Shown: positions 20,518 through 31,626 of the stretch, piece by piece | How positions within the stretch are numbered: position 1 is the first letter of the stretch | Layout: each line of letters starts with the position of its first letter | NCBI GenBank assembly: GCA_023334545.1 | Contig: JAADVB010000209.1 | Coordinates: 1-33,554 of the forward strand | Origin: Salisapilia sapeloensis CBS 127946 | Taxonomy: Eukaryota; Protista; Oomycota | Length of the DNA stretch: 33,554 nt | Direction: 5' to 3' | Translations under genes and position numbers: made by a program | The notes under the pieces: model-generated | Told to the model about the DNA's origin: nothing | The model's database searches: none | What the model saw: the letters and a program-made list of their open reading frames with translations, nothing else

Positions 20518-21310
20518 TTCCTCTTCGTCTTTTGACCAAGGACAGCATTCTTCTCGAGAAGCTAAAAATAGCTCGAGTTGGTAGTGGGATCTAATCTGCA
20601 CAGTTCCGCATCGACGAGCGAGACCGCTCCCATTACCTTCTACTCAATTCAATTGACGCTCCGGAGAGACTTTGGACGTGTACGAGCCCCATTCCTTTTC
20701 AATAGCATTGGTATGCGCCACTTGTAAAGAGAATAAACATCATTCTGCATACAAATATCAAGTACAGAGCAAACCAAGGTACTTAATGGATCCCAACATT
20801 TCACAGACCACAACCTCTTCGTCCAAGTAGCTTCCGAGCTCATGAAAATTCCCTTCAAAGCGAATACGACATTTTCCAATCGATCATGAAACTACCATCG
20901 ACGTCTCTCCTATCGAAGGGTTAAACTATATCGCCGAACGGAAATTTTCATGCTTCAATCATACGAAGGACAAGTGTACATGCATGTACCTATCTCCTTC
21001 TTTCCTACCTTCAATCTTCTCCTTGGTTCTACCCTAGAATAACTTTCATATTCAAGAGGAGTAACTCCCTGATTTGGTGCTTGGTCCGCATGGCAACAAG
21101 ACGGACAAGAGGTTGATCATGCTAAAAAAGACTTGACGCACCGTTTTCCATCTGTCCAGACTTCAACTAGGCGAAGGGATCGTGTCTCTTAAGAGGTACG
21201 CGGCCGGCGTGCATAGATCTTGCAAGGGAAGTTGTCCTGTTACTTCTGCCACATCAGAGGACGAGGCCAGCGAGAATTCACAACAACTTTTATTCCCTTC
21301 TCAACAGCGC

Positions 21311-21853
21311 ATGGAGCCTCCTGCATCCTTCTTCCCGACACCGAACGAAATCGCCGGCGGGATCCGGTGGGTACGAGACCACCCAGTCGTGGCCACGGCC
21401 GCAGCCGCCGCAGCAACCGCAGTCAGCGTCGTATCATACTTTAATGCCAAGTACGACAGCGACGACGAGGACGAGGTGCTCGACTTGGCGAATGGACAAC
21501 GAGACCGAGGACATACATGGAGCGACGACCGAAGGCGGCGGAACAGTGCAATGCAGCAAGCTCTGCCACCTCGACGACAGACCTTATCGGCACAGAGTTT
21601 AGAGCGGCACCCAATAAATTTATCCCCAGCGGAAAAATCTCCGACGGACGACAAGGAGAGCTGGACGGAAAGTGAAATGTCGTCTTCACCGATGCGGAGA
21701 TCCATGCAGAGTCGCATGGACATGTTGACCGTCCAAGGTGGACAGCAATTCGCCGAGGAAGGGGTGGCAGACGCGGATGAAAGTGACGATGTAATTTCTC
21801 CGCAATGGGGCTGGTACGTCTCGATCACGCCCCCCAAGGAAGAGTATGCCTAG
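21311..21853 (+). CDS. Hypothetical protein with an N-terminal hydrophobic segment and a C-terminal SPQWGWYVSITPP motif, 180 aa
   Basis: Single-exon ORF. ATG at 21311 is the likely start. Coding-like composition. Confidence 0.75.
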   Translation: MEPPASFFPTPNEIAGGIRWVRDHPVVATAAAAAATAVSVVSYFNAKYDSDDEDEVLDLANGQRDRGHTWSDDRRRRNSAMQQALPPRRQTLSAQSLERHPINLSPAEKSPTDDKESWTESEMSSSPMRRSMQSRMDMLTVQGGQQFAEEGVADADESDDVISPQWGWYVSITPPKEEYA

Positions 21854-21956
21854 ATTGCATTCTTGTCGATAGCCTCATTATAAATTAAATCAATTTTCTC
21901 TTGCATGATCCAAAAACAACATTGACGAAAGAAAAAATCACGTATCTTTCTTTTCC

Positions 21957-22502
21957 TTAGAATTTAGTCTCCTTAAGACCCCACTTGATGTACATGAAGT
22001 GAGGAGCGACGGCACCCTCCGGGTACCACGCGTAGGCCATGCCGGCCTCCGAGTCCATGCTGCGGAACATGTAAAACTGCAGCTCCTTGAAGAGCGGCAC
22101 GAGGAACTTGACGATCTCCTGCGCGTCCGTCTTGAACTGGGCCAAGTCCTCGTCACTCGCGCCAGTGGACTTGAGGTGCTTCATGACCTTGCGGAAGAAG
22201 GACTTGAGGTACGCCTTGAGCTCGGTCTTGGAGCCAAAGCCGGTCTCGGTGTAGCCAAAGCCGATGCCTTCATCGACAATGTTGTTCACCATCTCGACGC
22301 TGTCATCCGGGCCATCGTCGTCGTTGCCACCGAAGGCGTCACCGCGACCAATGTCGACGTCGTCGGCGCTCTTCGGGACGCTCTTACTCTCGACACGGAA
22401 CATGCCCGAGACGACGTTTCCCTCGCTGTCCTTGACATCGAGCGTCTTGTGCGAGTCCGAGATGACCTCGTCGTCCGTGAAAATATCTTGCCACACCAAC
22501 AT
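21957..22502 (-). CDS. TPT1: Translationally controlled tumour protein (TCTP), 181 aa
   Basis: MLVWQDIFTDDEVISDS start, VDIGRG, VEMVNNIVD, FKELQFYM..SMD..AGM and FMYIKWGLKETKF end. Confidence 0.93.
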   Translation of the reverse strand: MLVWQDIFTDDEVISDSHKTLDVKDSEGNVVSGMFRVESKSVPKSADDVDIGRGDAFGGNDDDGPDDSVEMVNNIVDEGIGFGYTETGFGSKTELKAYLKSFFRKVMKHLKSTGASDEDLAQFKTDAQEIVKFLVPLFKELQFYMFRSMDSEAGMAYAWYPEGAVAPHFMYIKWGLKETKF

Positions 22503-23010
22503 GTCGACTTGCCTGCTTTTTCAGCTCTGGAGAATCAGTCGGCGACGAATATGGCGTACCAGCCACCAGTTTTTTATTCACTTGCCTTTTGTATGCCTCC
22601 CACGACCATCCGCTCTGTGCACATTTGTAAATGCAGCATCAAGTAGATACCACATCTAGACACTGCATGCATCTCTCTTCTCTTAGCTACCGTCCCTTTC
22701 GATCTTGTACTCCCGACAAGCCGGTTCGCATCAAGTACCACTCGTGCCACTTTCGTCAATACGCGTCCAAATGTCCATAATTGAAGTATAGTCCGTCTGT
22801 GCTAGAAAAGATTGCATGCATCTACTTCAGGTCGTACCAATCCTGATACAACCTTGGAGCATACGTCAGAGGCTATATAAAAAGACTCTGTTAGGCACTT
22901 GTCTTCGCTCTTCCCAGCCCACAGCATCTGGTCGGAATTGCAAATGTGCTGCAACACAGAAAGTGGGCGAAGTGTCTTTATTTTGCAAAAAGAAGACAAG
23001 GCGAGGCAGT

Positions 23011-25127
23011 ATGTCTAAGTCTGGCAAAGCTAAGCACGTCACGCACTACACGCCCTACCAGGTCAACGCAAATGAGGTATATTCAACGTCCTAGCCAATG
23101 CCTATGCCCCAATGCATCTACGCATTGCAAACCGTAGCGAATCATCGTCCATACTGACAAAAACGCACATGGGAATGTTGGTGCGAATAGAACGATGCAT
23201 TAGTGGACTTTGACGACGAACTGGACTTGGAGATGGATCCCGTGCTTACGTACATTTACTTTCTTACCACGTACGACCACTCGTTTGTACTTATACTTCT
23301 CATAGAGGCTTTTCATCCCATTTTGACCGGAACTTGTGGGCCGATTGGAACGAAGTCGAAACATCCTTGGAGCTCCCGGACGACTTTGCAGCCTTTGTAG
23401 AAGAAGAGGACGTACCAGGCAAGACTATTGAAGACGACGGTCATACGGCAGGCACAGACTCCTTATCTCCTCAAAGCGATACGAATCCTACCACGTACGA
23501 CTCCTTTCCTGCACCCACCACAGACTCCACTCCCACCAGTACGTCCATTTAAACGCTCCAACCTCTTCTATTTACTCACACCTCTCTAGTCGAATCGGAA
23601 GACGTCGATATGGAAGCAACGCAGGAGGCAGTAAAGGACGAACCACGCATCGACCGGAAGAGATCGCTCAGTGAGGACCTCGCCAACATCCTATCAGCCA
23701 ACCAGAACTTCGAGATGAACCAAATGCCTCCACAGCAACAGCAAAAGACAAGTTTTGACGATGACAGTAGTCTCAACTGGCTCAACGACCTTCCTGCGAA
23801 CAAGTCTGCTAGCCTCTTATCTGCCACGAAAGACGGCTCAGCGGCTCTTTATGGGGAGAACCCGCAGTCGAATCCGAATAAAGTCCAGCGACACACTTCC
23901 AACGACAGTTTGGACAGCACAGGCAATGCGACAGACACTGCTTCCACAGGTAGCAACTGCTCGATGCAGAACAACTCGACGCCTTCGTCTGCCGCGAACC
24001 TCATGCCTCCTTACAACAACATGATGCCGAATATGATGATGTACCCGATGGCGATGAACGCACCGAACACATCGGATGTGAACCAGTTGCAGCAGCAGAT
24101 CCAGCAGCTCCAGCAGATGCAGCAGATGCAGATGAGCATGCAGTTCAATCCGCAGCTTGCCATGCAGATGATGCAGCAGCCGTGGAGCATGTCTCCCTTC
24201 AACATGCAGCAGCAGCAGATGCAGCTCCAGTGGCAGCTCCAGCAGCTCCAGAACGTCAACCAGATGCAGTCATCCGCTCCCACCTCTTCCAACCCCACTC
24301 CGTCCAACTCGACCTTTGTCAACATTGCTCGAAAGCCAGAAGAACCGCCTGTAAGCAGTATGCTCCAGTCGCTCATGCAAGAGGAAGCCAAGAAGAAGGA
24401 AAAGAAACTAGAACGGAATCGAGACTCGGCGCGAGAGTCGAGAAGGAAGCAGCAGACGTACGTCGAGACGCTCGAGACTGGTATCAAGCGACTGCAGATT
24501 AATAAAGACCTTGTGCAGCGATACCAGTGGGGCGTCACAGGTCCAGGTTTTGGTCCACTCCCGTGTCCACAATCGCCACAAATGTTCGAGTGGAGACAGC
24601 GACTGGACGTCGTGACAGGGAAAGAGGAGCACTTTTCCAACCTCCAGAACCCTGCTGGCTTCAAAGGTCTCATGGCCGCCGAGAGACAGAGACGAGCGCT
24701 CTCGGTCTCCTCCACACCCAAGCAGCTGATTGTGTGGAAGAGCATGGTGGCAATTGGAAAGCACTTAGCACACCTGCGGACACAAGTACTAGCCGCACAG
24801 GCTCTCCAGAGCGTCGTCGAGAGAGACAACGCGGCGCTTGACGGCAATTCCCTGACAGCAGAGCTCAGCAACGTCCTGCAGCTGTCGGCAGAGCAAAAGA
24901 TCCAGCTCCAATGTGCCGCCAGTCGCATCGTGAGCGTCGAGTACTGGAAGCTCGTGGCGCTCGTCAAGGTCTTCCGGAGCTTACGAAGACAGGCACAGCG
25001 TCTCGCGATGATCGCGCCGAGTCTCGAGAGCTTTTTAGACCAGACGGCGAGTGCCGATCAGATGCAGAAGCTGCTCCAGTGGAGTGTCTCCCATCGGAAC
25101 GCCGTCTACGGCCTCACCTTTGCATAA
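23011..25127 (+). CDS. bZIP transcription factor with a Gln/Met-rich region (about 600-630 aa; 5' end uncertain)
   Basis: Basic region KKLERNRDSARESRRKQQTYVETLETGIKRL with canonical N-x7-R. Introns at 23250-23305 and 23539-23589 fit well. The start could be ATG 23011 (intron 23077-23190), ATG 23098 (intron 23134-23190) or ATG 23233. Confidence 0.85.
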
Positions 25128-25180
25128 CTTAACACCAGACCGTTTGGGTAACAATGAACAACAATGGAAAATGCATGATT

Positions 25181-28100
25181 CTATTCCTGACGCTTCCGCT
25201 TCTTGTCCTTGTCCTTGCTGCCTCCTGTCAGCGCCTTGGTGACGCCAGATAGCTGCTGCTTGACGGCCGGAGACACGGACGACACCTCCGGCACCTTGCG
25301 CTGGAGCTTCTTCTTCTCCTTGTTGCTCTGGCACACGACGGCGAAGCGACTGCAGCACGTCACGACGCTCTTAAAGTGCTTGCTCTTCATCTTGTCGGCC
25401 TTGTCCAGTCCCACCACGAGGCTGTCGCATAGCTGTTTCTCCTGCGCAGTATACACCTTCTTCATGTCAGCGTCTTCCAGGAGCTTGGGCTTAAGCAAGA
25501 GCGACAATAGGCGATACACTTCGCTTCCGAGATACGAATCCACCGGAGGCTTCACTTCCCCCTCTTCCGAAGTAGACGACGCCACCTCCGTAAGCACTGG
25601 AAGCAGCAACGGGAGTCCAATCGTCGGGAATCGGTTCGTCAAGTCCTCAAAGAGGTCGCGAGGGAAGTACGAGTGTTTCTTGGTGAACGTATCCAGCACC
25701 GCCGGACGCAGCATCTTCTCCAGCTCTTCCACATCCTCCCCGCTCTTCACCAAGACACGAACGAGATACAACACGAGCGACTTGCCTACCTTGCTACTCT
25801 GGACATCCTTACTCGCACGCAGACTGTCCAAGAGCGTCTGCAGCAACTCCTTCCCTTGCTCCTTCTTCTCACTCAACACCGGAGGCTCCTTGCTGCCTCC
25901 AATCTTACTAACTAACACACTCTGCAGGCGCTCCTTGAGCACCAACTCATCCTTGCTCTTGATCTCCGTAAACCGCGTCCACAGAGGCTGGAGAAGACTC
26001 AAGACGAGCTCATCGTTCCCTCGCTTCGTCACGAACACCTGCAACAGGTCCAGCACACGGAGCTGGAAGTGCTGCACCTGTGTCTTCTGCTTTTTCTCTT
26101 CCACCTTGCGCCTCGACTTTTCCGTCGCCTGCTCCACGATCGCAGCCAGCGCCATGTCGTCCTTTTGCATCTCGGACGTCGACTCGTCCCCTAGAATCGC
26201 CGCCACATCCGACGACGACGACAGCGTCACCTCTTCTTCCTCGTCCTCTTCCTCCTCGTCGTCCTCTTCCTCTTCCTTCTCTTCACTCTCTTCCGAAGGC
26301 TGGAGCACTTGCATCATCGTTTCCAAACTAGACTCATTCAGCAACGGCACGAGGCTCTTGAAAGCAAAGGTGACAATATCTCGAAGTGCACTCGACCCTT
26401 GCGACAGAAGACTCAGGAGCAAATCGCACAGGACCACAACCGAGTCATCTGTCTTCTTCTTCTTCTTGGTCAACCTCCGGAGACATTGGTCCAAGTCACC
26501 CACGGCCTCGACACTCTCCTGTCGCTGGTCTTCATCCAAAAGACGAATGTAACTGACCATGAACAAGGCGCTAAAGGCCGGCATCAGGTCTTTCGAAGCT
26601 TTGCTCAACGTCTCCTCTGCTTTCTTCGAAGCAGTCTCCATCGCCTTTTCACTATCGTCCTCCAACTCACTACGGAGCTCGACACTTGCATCGGACATCA
26701 ACTGCGTCGCGACGGAGAACGCTTGATGCAGCATACTAGACTCGAGCGTCTGCAAGTTGTGACTCAAGAGCGTCTGGAGACGAGTGGCACAAAGACTCCG
26801 ACTGGCTTCCGTCACCTCTGGCGATGGTTTGACACTCTTCTTCTTCTTCTTCTTGGATACCTTAGAAACAAAGTATGCGTGTGTGAAGAGGAAGACAAGC
26901 ACGTCTTTCACGACAGCTTCCTCCTGCTCCTTACTCTTCAGCAAAACGTCCTGCAGCAACGTACTCACGAGAGCGTCGATTGCCCACTGTCGAACGCTCT
27001 GCAGACGCTTCATACTCGCCTCCTTCCGCTCACGCTCTTCTTCGTGGCGTAAGATAGCGTCAAAGCCCGTACCTTCCGGAGTTTCTTCCTCCTCTGCCTC
27101 CGTCTTGAGCAAGTACGACGACGGCGTGACGAACTGACGCGTAAAGAACGTGGCAAAGGCACTCGGATTCGCCACTGCGAAGGATCGAAGACACTGCTTG
27201 GCAGCTCCATGCAGGTAGTTGCGCTTCCCAATGACATTGTTGTACAGCGACTTGACGAGCTTCTCGGTCATGAGCTTCTCCACGACGTCCGCGTCCACTT
27301 GACCGACGACGAGCGTAAACAGTTTAAACGCCAGAGCCCGACGTTCATGCGTCGTCGTTTCGTCACTCAACAGGGACTCGTCCACGAGCTTCTTCCACGC
27401 CTGAACAAACAGATTTGAGTCCTCCTGCTGCAGGATGTGACCAAAGATGCCGTGCCAGACAGAGTGCACGCGAGGGTACACACTAGAGCTAGCCAACAGC
27501 ACCTGCTTCACGTCGTCCAATGTGTCTTCGGAGACAACAACAGACATGCCTTCTAACTCGACCGAGTGGCTGTCGGCGTAGTGCTGGATGCCAACAGCCA
27601 ACTGCAGCTGCTCGACACTAGCTTCTGCTCCTTGGGCGTTTAACTGCGTCTGGATGCTCTCCCACAGACCTTGCTCGACAAAGTCCGCTGGCGAGACGAC
27701 CTCCAGTACCTGCAGGATACTCTCGTACGCTGCCTCTGTCATCCACTTTTTCCACTGCCCAAGACGCAGCATCTCGTCCACGACGGCCTTGGCGCTCTCA
27801 CTATCGTTATCGAGACGACCGGATTTGAGGATCGCCAGCAGTCCGAACAAGAGACCGAACTTGTGCTCACGCTGCTCCATCGCCTTCATACTGCTCTGCA
27901 CCTGCATGGCGTTTTGCAATTGAGACAGCACGTCGGCCGTCGGCAGCTCCTCCGAGTACTTTTCCAAAACCGTCGCCAATGCAGTGCTAAAGCCTTGTCT
28001 GGCTGCATCTCGAGACGACGCCAGACCTCGCACGAGTCGCTTGACAGTGTACTGCAGGTCATGCTCGTTGGCCACCAAGTGGTTTAGAATCTGCTCCACG

Positions 28101-28249
28101 GCCGCACATCGCTTGTCATTGTCCGTTTCAGCCAGCGTCCAGAAGAGCTTGAGGAATGACGAGTTAGATGGTGGAGAAGAAGTAGACGCTTCTTTCGGAG
28201 CCGACGCAGACGGCGCCTGCTTGTGCTTCTTGCGAGCTGCCATGGTCAT
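25181..28249 (-). CDS. POL5: DNA polymerase phi/POL5 (MYBBP1A) nucleolar rRNA-biogenesis protein, about 1020 aa
   Basis: FLKLFWTLAE...LQYTVKRLVRGLASSRDAARQGFSTALA, EHKFGLLFGLLAIL, YPRVHSVW, VVVLCDLLLSLL and HFQLRVLDLL. Intronless. Confidence 0.92.
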   Translation of the reverse strand: MTMAARKKHKQAPSASAPKEASTSSPPSNSSFLKLFWTLAETDNDKRCAAVEQILNHLVANEHDLQYTVKRLVRGLASSRDAARQGFSTALATVLEKYSEELPTADVLSQLQNAMQVQSSMKAMEQREHKFGLLFGLLAILKSGRLDNDSESAKAVVDEMLRLGQWKKWMTEAAYESILQVLEVVSPADFVEQGLWESIQTQLNAQGAEASVEQLQLAVGIQHYADSHSVELEGMSVVVSEDTLDDVKQVLLASSSVYPRVHSVWHGIFGHILQQEDSNLFVQAWKKLVDESLLSDETTTHERRALAFKLFTLVVGQVDADVVEKLMTEKLVKSLYNNVIGKRNYLHGAAKQCLRSFAVANPSAFATFFTRQFVTPSSYLLKTEAEEEETPEGTGFDAILRHEEERERKEASMKRLQSVRQWAIDALVSTLLQDVLLKSKEQEEAVVKDVLVFLFTHAYFVSKVSKKKKKKSVKPSPEVTEASRSLCATRLQTLLSHNLQTLESSMLHQAFSVATQLMSDASVELRSELEDDSEKAMETASKKAEETLSKASKDLMPAFSALFMVSYIRLLDEDQRQESVEAVGDLDQCLRRLTKKKKKTDDSVVVLCDLLLSLLSQGSSALRDIVTFAFKSLVPLLNESSLETMMQVLQPSEESEEKEEEEDDEEEEDEEEEVTLSSSSDVAAILGDESTSEMQKDDMALAAIVEQATEKSRRKVEEKKQKTQVQHFQLRVLDLLQVFVTKRGNDELVLSLLQPLWTRFTEIKSKDELVLKERLQSVLVSKIGGSKEPPVLSEKKEQGKELLQTLLDSLRASKDVQSSKVGKSLVLYLVRVLVKSGEDVEELEKMLRPAVLDTFTKKHSYFPRDLFEDLTNRFPTIGLPLLLPVLTEVASSTSEEGEVKPPVDSYLGSEVYRLLSLLLKPKLLEDADMKKVYTAQEKQLCDSLVVGLDKADKMKSKHFKSVVTCCSRFAVVCQSNKEKKKLQRKVPEVSSVSPAVKQQLSGVTKALTGGSKDKDKKRKRQE

Positions 28250-28464
28250 GCCAGTCGAAATGAGTGTGCTCGGTTGGTTGTCAAAAAAGGAGGGTACTTT
28301 GTGATGATTATCATATACATTGCCACGGTCTACATCTGCTCAAGATATGAACAACTTCAAGGTGGATCCACGACACATGCCATTCGGATAGAGCTATCTC
28401 GCCGTCGTCTGCGTTTACACAGGCTTTGTTCGTGTAGAAAGGATCTTTATTGTCTTATTAGATT

Positions 28465-29056
28465 TTAGTCAAACATTTGGAACTGTTGGCGCAGACTGTC
28501 CTTGTACTCGCCAAACGCTTGTTCCAGCAGGTCGCTCTATCACATTGGTGCGATTGGTATGTAAAATAGGATCAAAAGACGAAAGAAAGCGCACTCGCTT
28601 CGATAGATCGTCCGAGGTTGCCTGCAAGTACATGATATCTCGATGAATCCGGTCTTGGAGTGACTCGATGGCAAACTTGCGTTCATAGTACTCGGTCGTG
28701 GCTGCGTTTAGTCGATAAAAATACTGTTGTCTGTCTTCCGCAGTTTTCAAGAGATCATCACGACTGTGTCTTCGTTTCTCGTTTCGACATTCCTGCTGGT
28801 GATGCAGCTTATTTGCTTCTTCTGTAATGTCCAGAAATCCTCTTTGCCGGCACCCGCTTTGCTGGTTCGACACCGACTACATCGTATCTGGAGTGAATCA
28901 ATCTACCATGTATCGCTTCAAGTTATGTACCGAAGTCCCTGTGTCTTCAGACTTTTCACCCTGAGGAGCAGGAGCAGGCTGACGTACACCGCCATCTACT
29001 CTGCGCCGCTCTTGATCAATGGCACTAGTCACAGCTCTCTCAATCATCTGGACCAT
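28465..29056 (-). CDS. Hypothetical coiled-coil protein, 159 aa, 3 exons
   Basis: ATG at 29056. Introns at 28877-28930 (54 nt) and 28537-28594 (58 nt) give a continuous frame ending ...DLSKR|SDLLEQAFGEYKDSLRQQFQMFD*. Confidence 0.6.
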
Positions 29057-29356
29057 GGAGCTGCTTGACTGATCCTCCGGCCCATCTTGAGACTACTCAA
29101 ACTACGTTAGACTAGCTAGCTACAGAGCAGTATACTGAACACTACCTTGTGCATTCTCTTTGTATCATCCCCTCCCTCATTCACTCCAGACAAGCGTGAT
29201 GAAGGGAGTCTAGTAGAAGTATTCCATTGCGGACGCTTCGACCTTTGTCCCTCGCGTTTCGTCCCCATACCAACAAATAACAAATGGGAAACGTCGCGAA
29301 CGAGCACGTTTTATTTTCTCTTCCTTTCTACCATACATGGACTAGTCTAGGTACAT

Positions 29357-29566
29357 TCAATTTCGCTTCCACACGGACAGCCAGCGTCCTGTAAAGTCAT
29401 TCATCTGTCGCGTCGATTCGCCCAATAGTTCCAAGTCCTTGCTAAGTTGCTGCATGGACGACGTTACGATCAAAATCGCCCTCTCTGCCTTCTCATACGC
29501 ATCCGTCTGCTTCCTTAAATTCGCCACATACGCCTCCTGTTCCTTCGTCCTCGGTGCTTGGTCCAT
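29357..29566 (-). CDS. Putative DASH/Dam1 kinetochore complex subunit (Dad2-like), 69 aa
   Basis: Helical QQLSKDLELLGESTRQMNDFTGRWLSVW has the same spacing of L, L, E, L, W and hydrophobic residues as the fungal Dad2 pattern LxxKLETLxDGxEAVxxVLxNWxxVF. Aligned by eye from memory. Confidence 0.5.
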   Translation of the reverse strand: MDQAPRTKEQEAYVANLRKQTDAYEKAERAILIVTSSMQQLSKDLELLGESTRQMNDFTGRWLSVWKRN

Positions 29567-29653
29567 TTTGCGTCTCCACTACCTCGAGACCGATATGCAG
29601 GTCGTCCGAAGGTCGCACACAAACCACCACTAATCCCAAGTGTCCATCGAGCA

Positions 29654-31565
29654 ATGGTGGCCAAGAAGACCCAAGGGAATGGCAATGGCAAAGCGCCTGC
29701 CGTCAAGGACGATCGTTTCTCTAAAGTGCACAATGACCCTGTACGTAGTCCATCTTCCTAGTGTATAATAATTATATTCTTAAGAGTAATTTGGCCAGTA
29801 GCGTTTCGCTCGAGGTTCCAAGAAGAAGAACAAGCTGCAGCTGGATGACCGATTCAAAGGTGTTTTGAATGACGAGAGGTTTACTGGAGTGCAAGGCAAG
29901 TTTGACAAGTATGGTCGACCGATTGACAAGAAAGAGAAGGGAGCTCTGTCGAAATTCTACCGACTGGAAGAGGAAGAAGATGATGACAAGAGCTCTTCCG
30001 ACAAGGACGAAGAGTCGAATGAAAAGCTATCTCGATTGGACTATTTGAACAAGATGGCTAGAGGAGAGTTATCCTCCGATAGTGACACCTCAGATGACGA
30101 AGAAGAGGAAATCATCGAGGAAGACGCTCACGAGAAGGAAGAGGTTCCTCTCGGAGAAGCCACCTACCGCTTCGCTGTCCTCAACTGCGACTGGAGTCGT
30201 ATCCGAGCTCTGGACCTCCTTGCGCTCTTCCGATCCTTTTGTCCGTCCACTGGTGCCGTGCAAGACGTGACCATCTACCCATCAGACTTTGGTCTAGAAA
30301 AGATGAAAGAAGAGGAAGTGCATGGTCCACAGCAGTTGTGGGAAGGCGAAGAGGAGGAGGAAAAGGAAGAGGAGAAAGAAGAGGAAGAAGAGTACGATTC
30401 GGACGATCCATTGCGTGTAAAGGAAAAGGTGAATGCCGAAGACGAGACGACAGACCCCAAGGCGCAGGAGCGACTGCGCAAGTACGAACTACAGAAGTTG
30501 CAGTACTATTACGCCGTAGTCACGTGCGACAGTGTCAAGACCGCTTCCTCTGTCTTTGACAGCTGCGACCAGCTCGAGTACGAGACGTCGTCCAACGTCC
30601 TCGACCTGCGCTTCGTCCCGGACGACGTCGAGTTCAAGAACGAACCGAAGGAGTCTGCACAGCGCGTGCCGGACAACTACAAGCCCAGCATCTTCGCCAC
30701 GACGGCGCTGCAGCAGACAGACGTCCAGTGGACGTGGGATGAAGGCGATCAGGCGAGACAGGAGCTACTCACAGCTCCATCCGACTGGAAGGACGTGGAC
30801 GACGATGATTTTGCCACGTACGTCGCATCGGACAACTCTTCCGACGAAGAGGAGGGAGGAGACAAGTCCCGGAAGCTAGAAAAGCTTCAGAGTCGATACC
30901 GCAGCCTCTTAGCTGGTAGCGACGACGAAGAGCAATCGGATAAGGAAGAAGGAGACATGGAGATGACGTTTGCTCCTGGTGCAGAGGACATTCTCGAGAA
31001 GAAGAAGATGCGGGAGAAGCAGGCGGAGGAGACGCCGTTCGAGACGTATCAGCGGGAGAAGAAGGCCAAGAAGAACCAGAAGCTGCATGACAAGCGGAAG
31101 CAGCAAAAGGCACAAGCACAGGAGCAACAGGAGCTCTTGGAAAAGGGGAAGAAGAAGGCAAAGGAGGCACGTGCCGAAGCGAACGACAGTGACGATGAAG
31201 AGGACGCTCGTGACTTTGATATGAAGCAGATCGCGGCGGTGGAAAAGGCCGAGAAGCTCAAGGGCAAGCGGAAGAAGAAACAGCTCAAGAAACTCGAGGC
31301 CAAGAGCAGCGGAGGTCTGCAGAAGGACTTTGCCTTTGACGCGGAAGACCCTCGTTTCCAAGCGTTGTACGCGAACAACTCTCAGTTCCAACTCGACCCG
31401 ACGGATCCGAAATTCAAGCAGACAGACGCGACGCAAGCCATCTTCCGCGAACGACGGAAGCGTCAGCGTCCAGAAGACAAGGAGACGCCGACGGACGAAT
31501 CAGCAGGAAGGAAGGCGCAGATGCATGCTGTTGTGGATAAGCTCAAGCGCAAGTCCAAGCACTAG
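29654..31565 (+). CDS. ESF1: Pre-rRNA-processing protein ESF1, 616 aa
   Basis: KDDRFSKVHNDP|RF, DKYGRP, TYRFAVLNCDWSRIRALDL, LRKYELQKLQYYYAVVTCDS, SSNVLDLRFVPD, WTWDE and NUC153-like DPRFQALYANNSQFQLDPTDPKFK. A 61-nt intron lies at 29741-29801. Confidence 0.95.
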
Positions 31566-31626
31566 TCAGACAGGAATAGATTTGAATCACTTTGAAACTT
31601 CCGTCTTGTCACTACGTAGAGACATC

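Noticed and set aside
20602-21310. Possible gene or pseudogene in the Tudor/21311 spacer (76-aa ORF; CRIRFEGNFHELGSYLDEEVVVCEM fragment)
   Set aside because: No consistent start, splice and stop model could be built, and no motif was recognised.
21999-22659. 215-aa and 131-aa plus-strand ORFs over TCTP
   Set aside because: Antisense shadows of a strongly codon-biased gene.
23181-23203. 23-nt micro-intron in the bZIP 5' region
   Set aside because: A simpler model using the acceptor at 23190, with an upstream CTGAC branch site, keeps the frame without invoking an ultrashort intron.
24011-27052. Long antisense ORFs over the bZIP and POL5 genes (318, 449 and 247 aa)
   Set aside because: Reverse-complement shadows of Q-, E- and K-rich coding sequence, giving poly-S, poly-C and poly-L tracts. 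No independent evidence.
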